From NCBI GenBank assembly GCA_009691765.1, contig SIAO01000008.1, positions 16,535 to 80,534 of the forward strand: a stretch of DNA of 64,000 nucleotides. Reading direction: 5' to 3'. Below, piece by piece: positions 1 to 10,301 of this stretch. Made by a program: the position numbers and the translations under genes. The notes below the pieces were generated by a model. The model was not told the DNA's origin, made no database searches, and saw nothing but the letters and a program-made list of their open reading frames with translations. The stretch comes from Planctomycetota bacterium (GTDB taxonomy: Bacteria > Planctomycetota > GCA-002687715). The first letter of the stretch is position 1. Every line of letters begins with the position of its first letter.

Positions 1-2
1 CA

Positions 3-380
3 GCGCCAACACTCACCCTATCCACGGGCGGTTCGGTGCAATTCCAATTGATCACCGGGAGCAATCACGCAAATGAGGCTTTTGTGCTGCTCGCTTCAGC
101 TACCGGCACAAATCCCGGGCTCGCCCTCGGCAGTTTCATTCTGCCTTTGAACGATGACGATCTCCTCGCCTTCACACTCAGCAATGCCAACACGCCCATG
201 CTGACCAACACATTTTCAGCGCTCGATGCACAAGGCAGAGCACTCGCAAGCCTCAACCTGCCGCCACTCGTCGGGCTCCCCAACGCGCTTCCTCTCAACT
301 TCGCTGCGGTGCTCTTCAATCCCACCACAATGACCTTCACCGCCACCAGCTACGCCGTCCCCCTCACCCTCTTGCCTTGA
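3..380 (+). CDS. 3' part of a gene entering from the left edge; ends in a ~120-aa C-terminal domain also seen on the M1 peptidase
   Basis: Frame is open from base 3 (APTLTLSTGGSVQF...) to TGA at 380. It aligns by eye with the M1 peptidase C-terminus (ASATG.xPG, PL..D, N.NTP..N, PPL, final T.xP). Confidence 0.75.
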   Translation, partial: APTLTLSTGGSVQFQLITGSNHANEAFVLLASATGTNPGLALGSFILPLNDDDLLAFTLSNANTPMLTNTFSALDAQGRALASLNLPPLVGLPNALPLNFAAVLFNPTTMTFTATSYAVPLTLLP

Positions 381-502
381 CTGGTCGGCTCAGCAAAAGT
401 GAGTGGGGGTGGAGCATTCCGTTCGAGGCCTCCGAGCCGAAATGCGGAATCCCTTCAGGACATGCGGAACCCGCGCGAACAATCGCCCGCGCGAATCAGC
501 AA

Positions 503-3070
503 TCAGGGCTTGCGGCGCTTCGCTCGAGCGGTGGGTTCGGCGGTCCAAGGGTCTTCGGGCCAACTGTGTCGCGGGTAGCGACCGCGGAGGTCTTTGCGCA
601 CTTGCTGGTACGTCGTGTTCCAGAAACTCTTGAGATCGTGAGTCACCTGAACCACTTGGTGATTCGGCGCCAGCAAGTGAAGCAGCACACGCACACGACC
701 ACCTGCGATTGTGGGCGTATCCGGTTCTCCGAAAAGTTCTTGCAAGCGCACCGCCAAGACCGGTGGCTTGTCGGCCGCGTATTCCAAGACCCGCGTGGAA
801 CCCGACGGCAAGCTGAGTGACTCGGGAACTTGTGTGAGCGCGTCGCGCAAACGTCTCTCCCCCATGATTGCCGTGAGCAAATCATGCAAGGGCACGCGCC
901 GAACATCCTCCAAACTAGGGCACTGCTCAATCCACGGATCTACCGCCGCCACCAACGCGGCGGCATCAAGAACTGGTAATTCCAGCTCCGGACGCCACGC
1001 GCGCAAACAGCTCAAGCGCAACAAGAGTTGCAACTCCTCAGCGCGCTGCTCAAGCAACGCTTCAGGTGCGTTTTGCAACATGGCCCGCAACGCCGCGGCC
1101 CCCGCAGCGGCATCCTGCACGGGGCTCTGGGATTCCGAGAGCACCAAGTCTTCGTAACGCTGCACCTTGCGGCGCATGGCACGGCCGCGAGTATCGTCCC
1201 AAACCACGGATTCTTCAGCCTGCAACGCGCCCGGAATGTCAGACAACCACGCGGGCTCCACCGCACTGGCCACGCGTACCTGCGCTCGCGCATGCAAACC
1301 GCGGCGCCCAAGATCCGCATCGAGCACAAGAAACAGCTCTGCGTCGCGCACCACTGATGCAGGTCCCAGAGTGACACCGCGACCGCCAACCATCATTCCA
1401 TCGGCCCCGCCGAGCGTGAGCCGCCGCGCCACGCGGTCAGGCCACGCTTGCAACAAACAACGCAACAGCGTGGATTCTTCTGCGTCGAGCACTGCTGCCC
1501 GCATAGGTGCAGCACGCACGGAAAGTGCCGCAGCGTACTGCTCGGCGGCGCGTTGAACGACATCCACGGCTGCGCGATCGCACGAACGCCCGTCGCCTCC
1601 CGCAAGCATGTCGCGCCGCGCCAAAACATCGCTCGGCCCCGTGGGCAAGTGCACCAACGAGGCAGCATCCGTGCGGCGCACGATGTCGCGTTCGCTGAGC
1701 AATGCCGCCAGCCACACACCCTGCGCCAACACGCCAGCGTCCTGCGTGGCCAAGAGCAAGCGCGCCACTCGCGGATGCGCCGCGACATCCAACATGCGCC
1801 GCCCTGTTGCGGTTGGCACGCCGTCGCGCACGGCGCCCAAGCGTTGCAGCAGACTCTCTGCGCGTACAAGGGCTTCGGGAGCCGGGGCCTCAAACCACGC
1901 AAACTTTGCAAGATCGCGTTCGCCGAAAGCGTGCAGCTCCAAGGCCGTGCGCGCCAAGTCCACGCGCTGCAATTCCGGAGTTTCGAATTCCGGCATCGCC
2001 GCTTCTTCAGCCTTCGTCCACAAGCGATACACAACACCGGGCGCAGTGCGCCCTGCACGACCTGCGCGCTGCGTTGCACTTGCCCGTGAAATGGAACGAA
2101 GTTCAAGGCGATCAATCCCGTGATCGGGGTCGTGAATGTTGAAACGCGCTTCACCGCTGTCCACCACGGCGCGCACACCGGGAATGGTCAACGATGTTTC
2201 AGCAATGTTGGTGGCGAGAATCACTTTGCGGCGCGCAGAAACAGACAACACGCGATCTTGCTCTTCGCTGCGCAGTTCGCCATGCAGCGGGAGGATGTCT
2301 ACGCCGTTCAGATCCGAAAGAGCTTCAAAGGTCCGGCGGATTTCGCCAACACCCGGCAAGAACACCAACACATCGCCCTCGCACGAACGCAGCGCAACCC
2401 TTGTCGCTGCTGCGGCACGCGAAGGCAGTGGCCGATCGTCGCGAGCTTCAGCGTGGCGAATCTCCAAAGGGAACATGCGTCCCGGAACTTCTATCAGCGG
2501 AGCGCCACCGAGAAACGCGGCCACAGGCGCGGCATCCAATGTGGCCGACATCACCACGAGGCGCAGGTCTGGGCGCAACGACTGCTGCACTTCTCGCAAC
2601 AACGCCAACCCCACATCAGCGTGCAAACTGCGCTCATGGAACTCGTCCAACACGACGCAGCCAACGCCTGGCAGCTCGGGGTTTTCCATGAGCCAGCGCG
2701 TGAGGATGCCTTCAGTGATGAACAAGATGCGCGTGGCGGCACTGGAACGGTTTTCAAAACGAATCTGCCAGCCCACTTCCGCACCCGGCGCACTGCGTCG
2801 CTCTTCAGCAACGCGCCGAGCAGCAGCACGTGCCGCCACGCGCCGCGGTTGCAGAACGACGACACGCCCGGAACCAGCGAGCCCTGCGTCCAACAGCGCC
2901 GATGGCACGCGTGTGGTTTTTCCGGCGCCCGGGGCAGCACTGATAACGACAGCAGAATGTTCGCGTAGCGCCGCCACAATGGAGGACAAATGGGCATCGA
3001 TCGGCAAGCGTTCCACGAGCAGAGGTTTCCCTGTGGCAGTGCTGGCGTCAAGCGTGTTTTCGAAGCCCAC
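503..3070 (-). CDS. hrpB: ATP-dependent helicase HrpB (DEAH/RHA family)
   Basis: APGAGKTT, QPRRVAAR, DEFHERSL, MSATLD, ATNIAETSLTIPG, QRAGRAGR, and the HrpB C-terminus RGRYPRHSWPEDP. Confidence 0.95.
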   Translation of the reverse strand: MGFENTLDASTATGKPLLVERLPIDAHLSSIVAALREHSAVVISAAPGAGKTTRVPSALLDAGLAGSGRVVVLQPRRVAARAAARRVAEERRSAPGAEVGWQIRFENRSSAATRILFITEGILTRWLMENPELPGVGCVVLDEFHERSLHADVGLALLREVQQSLRPDLRLVVMSATLDAAPVAAFLGGAPLIEVPGRMFPLEIRHAEARDDRPLPSRAAAATRVALRSCEGDVLVFLPGVGEIRRTFEALSDLNGVDILPLHGELRSEEQDRVLSVSARRKVILATNIAETSLTIPGVRAVVDSGEARFNIHDPDHGIDRLELRSISRASATQRAGRAGRTAPGVVYRLWTKAEEAAMPEFETPELQRVDLARTALELHAFGERDLAKFAWFEAPAPEALVRAESLLQRLGAVRDGVPTATGRRMLDVAAHPRVARLLLATQDAGVLAQGVWLAALLSERDIVRRTDAASLVHLPTGPSDVLARRDMLAGGDGRSCDRAAVDVVQRAAEQYAAALSVRAAPMRAAVLDAEESTLLRCLLQAWPDRVARRLTLGGADGMMVGGRGVTLGPASVVRDAELFLVLDADLGRRGLHARAQVRVASAVEPAWLSDIPGALQAEESVVWDDTRGRAMRRKVQRYEDLVLSESQSPVQDAAAGAAALRAMLQNAPEALLEQRAEELQLLLRLSCLRAWRPELELPVLDAAALVAAVDPWIEQCPSLEDVRRVPLHDLLTAIMGERRLRDALTQVPESLSLPSGSTRVLEYAADKPPVLAVRLQELFGEPDTPTIAGGRVRVLLHLLAPNHQVVQVTHDLKSFWNTTYQQVRKDLRGRYPRHSWPEDPWTAEPTARAKRRKP

Positions 3071-3156
3071 GTTGATAACAGCGTTTCCGAAGCGCCATCA
3101 CGAGCACTTGGAACCGCAGAGTCTGAACTGCGCCCGGGCTATCATTCCCGCACACC

Positions 3157-4284
3157 ATGGCAAACCCCGAGGCAACAGCGCCCCAGCTCACAGGAGTTCG
3201 CATCTTGCACGTGGTGCCGTGCCTTGGCACCGGCGGACTCGAACTGGCCCTCGCGCGCTTGTCGCGTGCCTTGCAAGAGCGCGGCGCAGTGCAAGCGGTA
3301 GCGGTGATGTCTGGCGATTTGCTCATCGCGGACAAATTTGCGCCGGGCATCACACTGCAAGCGCTGCATGGCAAACCCAACGAGTGGGCACTGCCGCGAC
3401 GTCTGCGCGCCGTTATCCGCGAGTTTCGTCCGCACGTCATTCACTGCCGCAATTGGGGTGCGTGGCCGGATACGGTCCGAGCGCGTGGATTCATCGGTTC
3501 TCGACCGCCGTTGGTTTTCTCGTTCCATGGCACCACCGAACCCGCTCCCATGCCTTGGCGGAGGCGTGCTGCGTTCCGCGTCCTCGCGCGCTGGACCACC
3601 GAACTTTTCACCGTATCTGAAGCGGCACGTACGCGCCTCGTCGAAGAAGTGGGACTGCCTCGCAAGCGCATCGGGTTAATTCCGAATGGCATTGATGTTC
3701 AGCGCTACGCTTCGGCCCCACAGCGCCGCACTGGTGAGCGCTTCATCATTGGCACCGTCGGCAATCTGAACCCCATCAAAAACCAAGCACTGTTGGTGCG
3801 CGCGCTGTCACAATTGCGCGCCGACGGCGTGGACGCTGAAGTGCGCATCGCCGGCGAAGGTGCGCTGCGCGAACCGCTCGTCGCGCTCGCACGCGAACTC
3901 GGAGTGCAAGACCGATTGCACCTGAGCGGTCATGTTGACGACATCCCGGCATTCTTGGCGCAGCTCTCAGCCTTCGTGCTGTGCTCGAAACTCGAAGCGC
4001 ACCCGAACTCGCTCATTGAAGCGATGGCCGCGCACCTCCCCTGCGTGGGCACGAACACCGGGGGCATCCCCGAAGTGTTGCTGCATGGCGCGGTCGGGCA
4101 CCTCACACCTGAGGGAGACGCTGCCGCGCTCGCCAGCGCCTTGCGCAAACTCCATGACGACCCTGCGCAGGCCGCTGCGCTCGCAGCCCGCGGCCGCGCC
4201 CACTGTGAGAGCGTCTATTCTCTCGATGCCATGGTGCGCGCCTATGCCTGCATGTACACACGTCTGGCAGCGCAACTTCGATAG
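3157..4284 (+). CDS. Glycosyltransferase family 4 (GT-B)
   Basis: GGLE near N-terminus, IPNGID, VGNLNPIKNQ, EAHPNSLIEAMA (E-x7-E), GGIPEV. Confidence 0.9.
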   Translation: MANPEATAPQLTGVRILHVVPCLGTGGLELALARLSRALQERGAVQAVAVMSGDLLIADKFAPGITLQALHGKPNEWALPRRLRAVIREFRPHVIHCRNWGAWPDTVRARGFIGSRPPLVFSFHGTTEPAPMPWRRRAAFRVLARWTTELFTVSEAARTRLVEEVGLPRKRIGLIPNGIDVQRYASAPQRRTGERFIIGTVGNLNPIKNQALLVRALSQLRADGVDAEVRIAGEGALREPLVALARELGVQDRLHLSGHVDDIPAFLAQLSAFVLCSKLEAHPNSLIEAMAAHLPCVGTNTGGIPEVLLHGAVGHLTPEGDAAALASALRKLHDDPAQAAALAARGRAHCESVYSLDAMVRAYACMYTRLAAQLR

Positions 4285-4425
4285 TTTTATTGTCTCGGAT
4301 CAAGATTCCGGGCCCGTGCTGTTCGCTGCACATTAGGATTCAAAGTGCCCTGCGGGCTACTCTCAGCACACGCCGCCACAAAGAACCCGTATGGCACCTA
4401 TCACCAGTCCTTGAAGGAGTACGTC

Positions 4426-6399
4426 ATGCTTCGATTCCTGCCAGTCGTTGCCCTTCTCAGCCTCTGCCTCAGCTTGAGCGCGCAAGACCCCACTGATGCC
4501 CAACACGTGTTGTTGAACATCGAGATCAACCCGAGCACTCAAGTCATCAGCGGCACTTGCACGTGGACGGTGCGCTGCGCTGTGACAGGGCTGTCCAGCA
4601 TGACTCTGCAATTGCACAACAGCTTCGCGGTGTCGAATGTGCGCGTGAATGGCAGTGCAACGGCATCGACGCGCCCCACGGATGCCGTCACCATCACCCT
4701 CGACCACACCTACGTGCTGAACGAAGTATTCACAGTGGCGCTCGACTACACCGGCACCCCGAGCGGTGCTGCAGGCTTTGGCTCGTTCGCATTCCAAACT
4801 CATGGCAGTCCTGCCACTTCGATCATCAACTCACTCTCGGAGCCTTACTACTCCTACACATGGTGGCCCTGCAAAGAAACGCTGACCGACAAGTTCACCA
4901 CTGAAACGTGGGTGACTGTGCCGTCCACGCTCTACGTCGCTTCGAACGGCCTGCTGCAAGGCACGGACATACTTGCCGGTGGTCGGACGCGCTATCGCTG
5001 GTCGAGCAACTATCCCATCGCCACCTACGGCGTGTCGGTGACGGCTACGAATTACCAAATACGTACGGACTCATGGGCCAATGCCGGACCAACAATGCCC
5101 GTCTCTTTCTACGCCTATCCCGAAAGCTTCGCGGGCGAACAGACCAACATGGATCGCATCGTGCCCATGCTCACGACATTTTCCAGCCTCGTCGGGCAAT
5201 ACCCCTTCGTCAACGAGAAATACGGCATCTGCCAGTTCAATTGGGGTGGCGGCATGGAGCATCAAACCATCACAAGCCAAGTGAACTTCAGCGAGAACTT
5301 GAGTGCGCACGAGTTGGGCCATTCATGGTGGGGCAATTGCATCACCTGCGCCACATGGCACGACATCTCGCTCAATGAAGGTTTCGCTACATACATGGAA
5401 GCGCTGTGGGACCAAAACAAAGCCGGCGGCACATTGGCCACCTACTTCACGCGCATGAATGCGAACAAGCCCGCGAGCCCGACCACCACTGGCAGTGTGT
5501 ATGTGAACGACATTTCCAATGTGAACTCGATTTTCAGCACCACCAATGTGTATCACAAAGGTGCGTGGGTCCTGCATCAGCTGCGCCATGTTGTCGGCGA
5601 CGCCGCCTTCTTCCAGATTCTCGCGGACTACCGCACAGCGAAGGATTACCAGAGCGCCACTTGGGACGAATTCAAGGCGATCGCTTCTGTGAGCTATGGG
5701 CAAGACCTCACGTGGCTCATCGATCAATGCGTGTACCGCACTGGTGCTCCAACCTTTCGACTTTCTTGGGACAACCGCACAGTGAACGGGCAGACTTTTG
5801 TAGTCGGCAACGTTGAACAAACACAAACGGCTTTGGCCTATCGCTACCCCGTCGACATTCAGGTGACCACGGCTGCCGGCCAAACGACTCATGTGGTGTG
5901 GACCGACCAAAAACGCGACGACTTCACGCTGCTCACGAATGGCGCGGCCACCGCAGTCGTTCTCGACCCAGCTCCGTGGATTCTGCGCGGCACCACGGCC
6001 ACGGGCACATTCGCTCCAAGCCTCACGACATCGACGGCGACAGTGCCACGCACCGGTGGCACGGCGACCTTCACGCTGAATGCAGGAACTGGCAACGGAC
6101 TGCGTGGCTACTTAATCGGCGCATCCGCGACAGGCATCTCACCCGGCATCACTTTGCTGGATGGCAAGCAGATTCCGCTTGTCCTCGACAGCTTCACTTA
6201 CGCAGCGCTCGGCAACGTCAACACACCTACATTTGCAAACTTCAGTGGTGCGCTCAGCCCTACGGGCACCGCAACAGCACAACTCGTGGTGCCGCCGCTG
6301 CCGCCGCTCGCCGGACCGATCACGCTGCATTTCGCTTTCATCAGCTCGACCACACCAGTGTTCACCTCAACACCAGTGACCGTCACCATCACTCCTTGA
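4426..6399 (+). CDS. Secreted M1 family aminopeptidase with shared C-terminal domain
   Basis: SD GAAGGAG before ATG 4426; signal peptide MLRFLPVVALLSLCLSLSA; GGMEH, HELGH-x18-E, YHKGAWVLH. Confidence 0.92.
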   Translation: MLRFLPVVALLSLCLSLSAQDPTDAQHVLLNIEINPSTQVISGTCTWTVRCAVTGLSSMTLQLHNSFAVSNVRVNGSATASTRPTDAVTITLDHTYVLNEVFTVALDYTGTPSGAAGFGSFAFQTHGSPATSIINSLSEPYYSYTWWPCKETLTDKFTTETWVTVPSTLYVASNGLLQGTDILAGGRTRYRWSSNYPIATYGVSVTATNYQIRTDSWANAGPTMPVSFYAYPESFAGEQTNMDRIVPMLTTFSSLVGQYPFVNEKYGICQFNWGGGMEHQTITSQVNFSENLSAHELGHSWWGNCITCATWHDISLNEGFATYMEALWDQNKAGGTLATYFTRMNANKPASPTTTGSVYVNDISNVNSIFSTTNVYHKGAWVLHQLRHVVGDAAFFQILADYRTAKDYQSATWDEFKAIASVSYGQDLTWLIDQCVYRTGAPTFRLSWDNRTVNGQTFVVGNVEQTQTALAYRYPVDIQVTTAAGQTTHVVWTDQKRDDFTLLTNGAATAVVLDPAPWILRGTTATGTFAPSLTTSTATVPRTGGTATFTLNAGTGNGLRGYLIGASATGISPGITLLDGKQIPLVLDSFTYAALGNVNTPTFANFSGALSPTGTATAQLVVPPLPPLAGPITLHFAFISSTTPVFTSTPVTVTITP

Positions 6400-6412
6400 G
6401 CCTCAATGCGTA

Positions 6413-6439
6413 GGCCCGCCTTGCGCAACAAGACGGGCC
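6413..6439. terminator. GC-rich hairpin between convergent genes (possible terminator)
   Basis: GGCCCGCCTTG-cgcaa-CAAGACGGGCC imperfect inverted repeat; no long U tract. Confidence 0.4.
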
Positions 6440-6448
6440 GCCGGGCAT

Positions 6449-7423
6449 TCACTTCTGCAACGGCAACACCACGCGGAAACCCAAGTGATTCAACCCCGTG
6501 TCACAGCTGGATTTCATGCGTGCACTACAGCGGTAGCCGTGGCACACATCCACATCACATAAGAACGATCCACCGCGCATCACACGCTTAGGAATCGTGG
6601 GCTCAGCAGGATCATTGAAATCCTCTGGCCCTGTTGGATTACTCACGCGCACGCCAGATTGCGACAGAAGTGCATAGCTGTTTCCGCGATACCAATCGGA
6701 ACACCATTCCCACACATTGCCCGCCATGTCGTGCAATCCGTAACCATTCGCTGCGAAAGAACGCACCGGTGCGCATCCCTTGAAACCGTCACTCCCACTG
6801 TCAGTTACAGGGAACTCACCTTGCCACACATTGGCGTGCGGCTTCGGGCTCAACACCTCTTCGTCGCCCCACGGATAGCGCGCTGCGCTCAAACCGCCAC
6901 GCGCGGCCCATTCCCACTCTGCTTCCGTGGGCAAGCGCCCGCCGACCCAATTGCAAAAAGCCACTGCGTCATCCCAAGAGACTTGCACGACAGGGAAATC
7001 CTCCTTGCCGTCAATGTTGGAATCGGGGCCAAGAGGACGACACCATTGCGCTCCTATCACCCATTCCCAACCAACACCGGCATGATGCACGAGCGCCCCA
7101 GGGACAAGCGCCGTGGGGTCGGGCTCTTGCGCGCCTTCAGGAAGCTGAGCCATCAGCACCGCTTTGTCCGGCGTCTTTTCTGCCGTGGTCATGTACCCCG
7201 TAGCGCGCACAAACTGCCGAAACATCCGATTGGTGATTTCCGTGGCCGACATGCGGAATCCATCCACATGCACTGCCACCTGCGGCAACTCGTCTGCCAA
7301 GCCCTCTGCTGAACCCATCAAGAAATCGCCAGAGGGAATGAGGACCAGTCCCACATCGAGTGGCTCCTTTTGTGCACAGCTTGGCAAGAGCAGCACGAGG
7401 AGCAGCAAGGACGCACGTGACAT
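6449..7423 (-). CDS. Formylglycine-generating enzyme (SUMF1/FGE), predicted lipoprotein
   Basis: RLPTEAEWE, DMAGNVWEWC, RGGSFLCDVDVCHGYRCSAR (catalytic Cys pair), GFR; lipobox-like LLPSC. Confidence 0.92.
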   Translation of the reverse strand: MSRASLLLLVLLLPSCAQKEPLDVGLVLIPSGDFLMGSAEGLADELPQVAVHVDGFRMSATEITNRMFRQFVRATGYMTTAEKTPDKAVLMAQLPEGAQEPDPTALVPGALVHHAGVGWEWVIGAQWCRPLGPDSNIDGKEDFPVVQVSWDDAVAFCNWVGGRLPTEAEWEWAARGGLSAARYPWGDEEVLSPKPHANVWQGEFPVTDSGSDGFKGCAPVRSFAANGYGLHDMAGNVWEWCSDWYRGNSYALLSQSGVRVSNPTGPEDFNDPAEPTIPKRVMRGGSFLCDVDVCHGYRCSARMKSSCDTGLNHLGFRVVLPLQK

Positions 7424-7467
7424 GAGCGCATCCTACTATCGCAACATAATGCAATAGACTACGCGCC

Positions 7468-8895
7468 ATGCGCACCACTGTCTTGCTGCTGTTGCTCTTT
7501 GCTGGCGTGAACTGCGCCCAAGAATCGCGTCTCCAACCCAACATCGTCTTGGTGCTCGCCGACGACCTCGGCAGCGCGGAATTCAGTTGCACCGGATCGA
7601 AAGTGTTGCAGACGCCACACATCGACGCGCTGCGCAAAAACGGCATCATGTTCACACAAGCCTATTCCGGCGCTCCGGTGTGCGCGCCCAGCCGTTGCGT
7701 GCTGCTCACAGGACGCGACAGTTTGCACGCGCAGATTCGTGACAACCATGAAGTGCGCAACCCCAGCGCTGGTTTGTACGGCGGACAACGCGCATTAAAA
7801 ACAGGCACTACAACGCTGGCTTCACTGTTGCATGCTGAGGGTTATGCGACCGGATGTTTCGGCAAGTGGGGTTTGGGTGGCAGCGTTGAAGAACACGCAA
7901 GCGGACATCCATTGCGGCAAGGCTTTGAACGCTTCTATGGTTATCTCTGCCAACGCAACGCGCACAGTTATTGGCCCGCGTACCTCGACAGCGACGCAAC
8001 GCGCGAGGCGTTCCCAGATAACAAGCGCAGTTCAGGAACCACATGGGCGCCCGAGCGCATCACCGAAGAAGCGCTCATTTGGATGGAGCATGTGAAAGCG
8101 AAACCATTCTTTCTCTACTTTCCTAGCATCCTGCCGCATCTCGCATTGCAAGCGCCACTCGACGCAATGGCCTCCGTGCCGCCCATCGAAAACGACACTC
8201 CCTATGACGGGAAAAAAGGCTACGAGGCCTGTGAGCGACCACGAGCCACGTACACAGCCATGGTGCAGCGTCTCGATGCGCACGTGGGACAGCTCGTGAA
8301 CAAGGTGCGCAGCCTAGGTTTGCTGGAGCGCACAATCTTCATCGTGTTGAGCGACAACGGCGCCACTTGGGAGCTTGGCGGCTACGACCCCGTTTGGTTT
8401 CGCGGCAATGGCGAACTGCGCGGACACAAAGGGCAGGTGTACGAAGGTGGCATCCGCGTGCCCTTCATCGCTTCGTGGGCGGGGCGCACGAAGGCAGGTG
8501 CGAGCTGCGCGTTGCCCGTGGCGCACCAAGACTTGCTGCCGACCTTATGTGCGTTGGCCGGCGTGAAATCGCCACCAACCAGCGAAGGCGTGAATCTCGC
8601 AGAGTGGATTTGCGGCAAAGAAGGCCCAACGACGCGCGCACCGCTTTGCTGGGAATTCCCGCAAGGCAACGGGGCGCAGGCGGTGCGCATGGGGAATTGG
8701 AAAGGCGTGCGCCGCAATGGCAAGAAGAATTCCGCCGCGAGGATGGAACTGTACGACCTCGCAACAGATCCAGCGGAAGCAAACGATATTGCGGCCGCTC
8801 ATTCAGACATCGTAAAGGCCATGCTTGCGCTGCTTGCGCAACGCACACTCACGGAATTCGCGGAATGGGAGTTCCCAGAGAGCACAACGCGATAA
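7468..8895 (+). CDS. Arylsulfatase (Cys-type S1 sulfatase), secreted
   Basis: PNIVLVLADDLG, CAPSR, GKWGLG, SDNG, YEGGIRVP, ELYDL; signal peptide. Confidence 0.95.
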   Translation: MRTTVLLLLLFAGVNCAQESRLQPNIVLVLADDLGSAEFSCTGSKVLQTPHIDALRKNGIMFTQAYSGAPVCAPSRCVLLTGRDSLHAQIRDNHEVRNPSAGLYGGQRALKTGTTTLASLLHAEGYATGCFGKWGLGGSVEEHASGHPLRQGFERFYGYLCQRNAHSYWPAYLDSDATREAFPDNKRSSGTTWAPERITEEALIWMEHVKAKPFFLYFPSILPHLALQAPLDAMASVPPIENDTPYDGKKGYEACERPRATYTAMVQRLDAHVGQLVNKVRSLGLLERTIFIVLSDNGATWELGGYDPVWFRGNGELRGHKGQVYEGGIRVPFIASWAGRTKAGASCALPVAHQDLLPTLCALAGVKSPPTSEGVNLAEWICGKEGPTTRAPLCWEFPQGNGAQAVRMGNWKGVRRNGKKNSAARMELYDLATDPAEANDIAAAHSDIVKAMLALLAQRTLTEFAEWEFPESTTR

Positions 8896-10301
8896 TTCGC
8901 ACTCTGACACTTCTGTTGCTCGCTTTGGCTCCGGGCATCACGCAGGAAACGGCCCCGAGTTTCACTGTGGCTGTGGATGCGCGCGTGGAGTTGCTCACCG
9001 CGCTCGCACGCTTGGCGGAGTTTCCGGAATACACGCGCAGTGTCGGTGCGTGGCCCTACCGCGACGCGGCCGATGCGTGGTTCGCACCACAGCGCAATCA
9101 TGAAGCCGTGCAATTCCTTCGCCGCCTCAGGGCTCAGCATGGCGTGTCTTACGACGCGGTGGCGAGCCTCGCGCTGCACTTGACGGACTTGCCCGATCTG
9201 AAAGAACGCATCGACTTCGCAAGCAAACCCGAACGGCTTGACCAGCGCTACCCTTTGGAGGCCACGCGCGCATTCCTCGGTGAACTTCGGCGCTTCGCCA
9301 AAGATGCCAAGGCGGCTGAGTTCTTCGCATCACAGAGCCAGACATGGCAGACCGTGGAGACACGGCTCCAAGCTCGCCTCGCGGGTTCGCCAAGCCCAGA
9401 GTGGTTGCGCGCATTTTTTGGCGCGCCCGCGCTCGCTTCTTGCGTGGTCATTCCGGGCCTGCTGTGCGGCGACATGAACTTTGGATTGGGCGTCCGCTTC
9501 GGTGCTGACAAGCCTGAAGAATTGCGTCCGGTGCTGGGATGCTGGAAATTCGACGACACCGGCATGCCGCTCTTCGAAACCGTCACACTCGAACTCTTCG
9601 CACACGAGCTCGCGCACTCGTGGGCCAATGCGGTGGTTGACAGCGGCGCTCAAAAGCTCGATCCCATTGGCGAGATTCTGTTCAATCTCAACGCCGCGCT
9701 CATGCGCCGCCAAGCCTATGTCAACGCACGCACCGTGCTCTACGAAACTCTTGTGCGCGCATGTGTGCTGCGTTGCCTTGCTGCCACGCAATCCTTGGAA
9801 GTGGCGCAAGCGCAGGCTCGCAACGATGTGAATCTCGGGTTCACTTGGGTGCCAGCGCTCGCTCGTGCGCTTGGTGACTACGAGCAAGCACGCGCGAAGT
9901 TCCCAACACTCGCGGACTACTTGCCAGAAATCGAAACCACGCTGCGCGCCCAGGCGGATGCTTTGGTGCAAGCTGCGGCGAAGGCGCCAAAGCTCGTTTC
10001 CATCACGCCCGACAACGGTGACACTGCCGTCGATCCCGGTCTCGAAATCATGACATTCGTGTTTGATCGCCCGATGAGAGACAAATCGTGGTCCTTTATT
10101 GGCCGCAAAGAAGACCTGCCAGAGATGGTGGGCCAACCCCAATACGACGCCGCACGCATAGTGCTGAGCATAAAGATGCGCCTTGAACCCGGGCGCAGCT
10201 ATCGCTTTCAGTTGAACAATGAACGCTCAACGGGGTTTTCCGCGCAAGACGGCACGCCGTTGCAACCTGTCGCCGTCAGCTTTACCGTGCGCGCACGCTG
10301 A
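8865..10301 (+). CDS. DUF4932-like zincin protein with C-terminal Ig-like domain
   Basis: Signal-like IRTLTLLLLALAPG; VDARVELL; HELAHSW zinc motif; C-terminal P.LVSITPDNG..VDP....FDRPM. Start uncertain (ATG 8865 or ATA 8892). Confidence 0.75.
   Translation: MGVPREHNAIIRTLTLLLLALAPGITQETAPSFTVAVDARVELLTALARLAEFPEYTRSVGAWPYRDAADAWFAPQRNHEAVQFLRRLRAQHGVSYDAVASLALHLTDLPDLKERIDFASKPERLDQRYPLEATRAFLGELRRFAKDAKAAEFFASQSQTWQTVETRLQARLAGSPSPEWLRAFFGAPALASCVVIPGLLCGDMNFGLGVRFGADKPEELRPVLGCWKFDDTGMPLFETVTLELFAHELAHSWANAVVDSGAQKLDPIGEILFNLNAALMRRQAYVNARTVLYETLVRACVLRCLAATQSLEVAQAQARNDVNLGFTWVPALARALGDYEQARAKFPTLADYLPEIETTLRAQADALVQAAAKAPKLVSITPDNGDTAVDPGLEIMTFVFDRPMRDKSWSFIGRKEDLPEMVGQPQYDAARIVLSIKMRLEPGRSYRFQLNNERSTGFSAQDGTPLQPVAVSFTVRAR

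Noticed and set aside
8367-8864. Long 5' extension of the DUF4932-like ORF
   Set aside because: Out-of-frame overlap with the sulfatase; the signal peptide begins near 8890.
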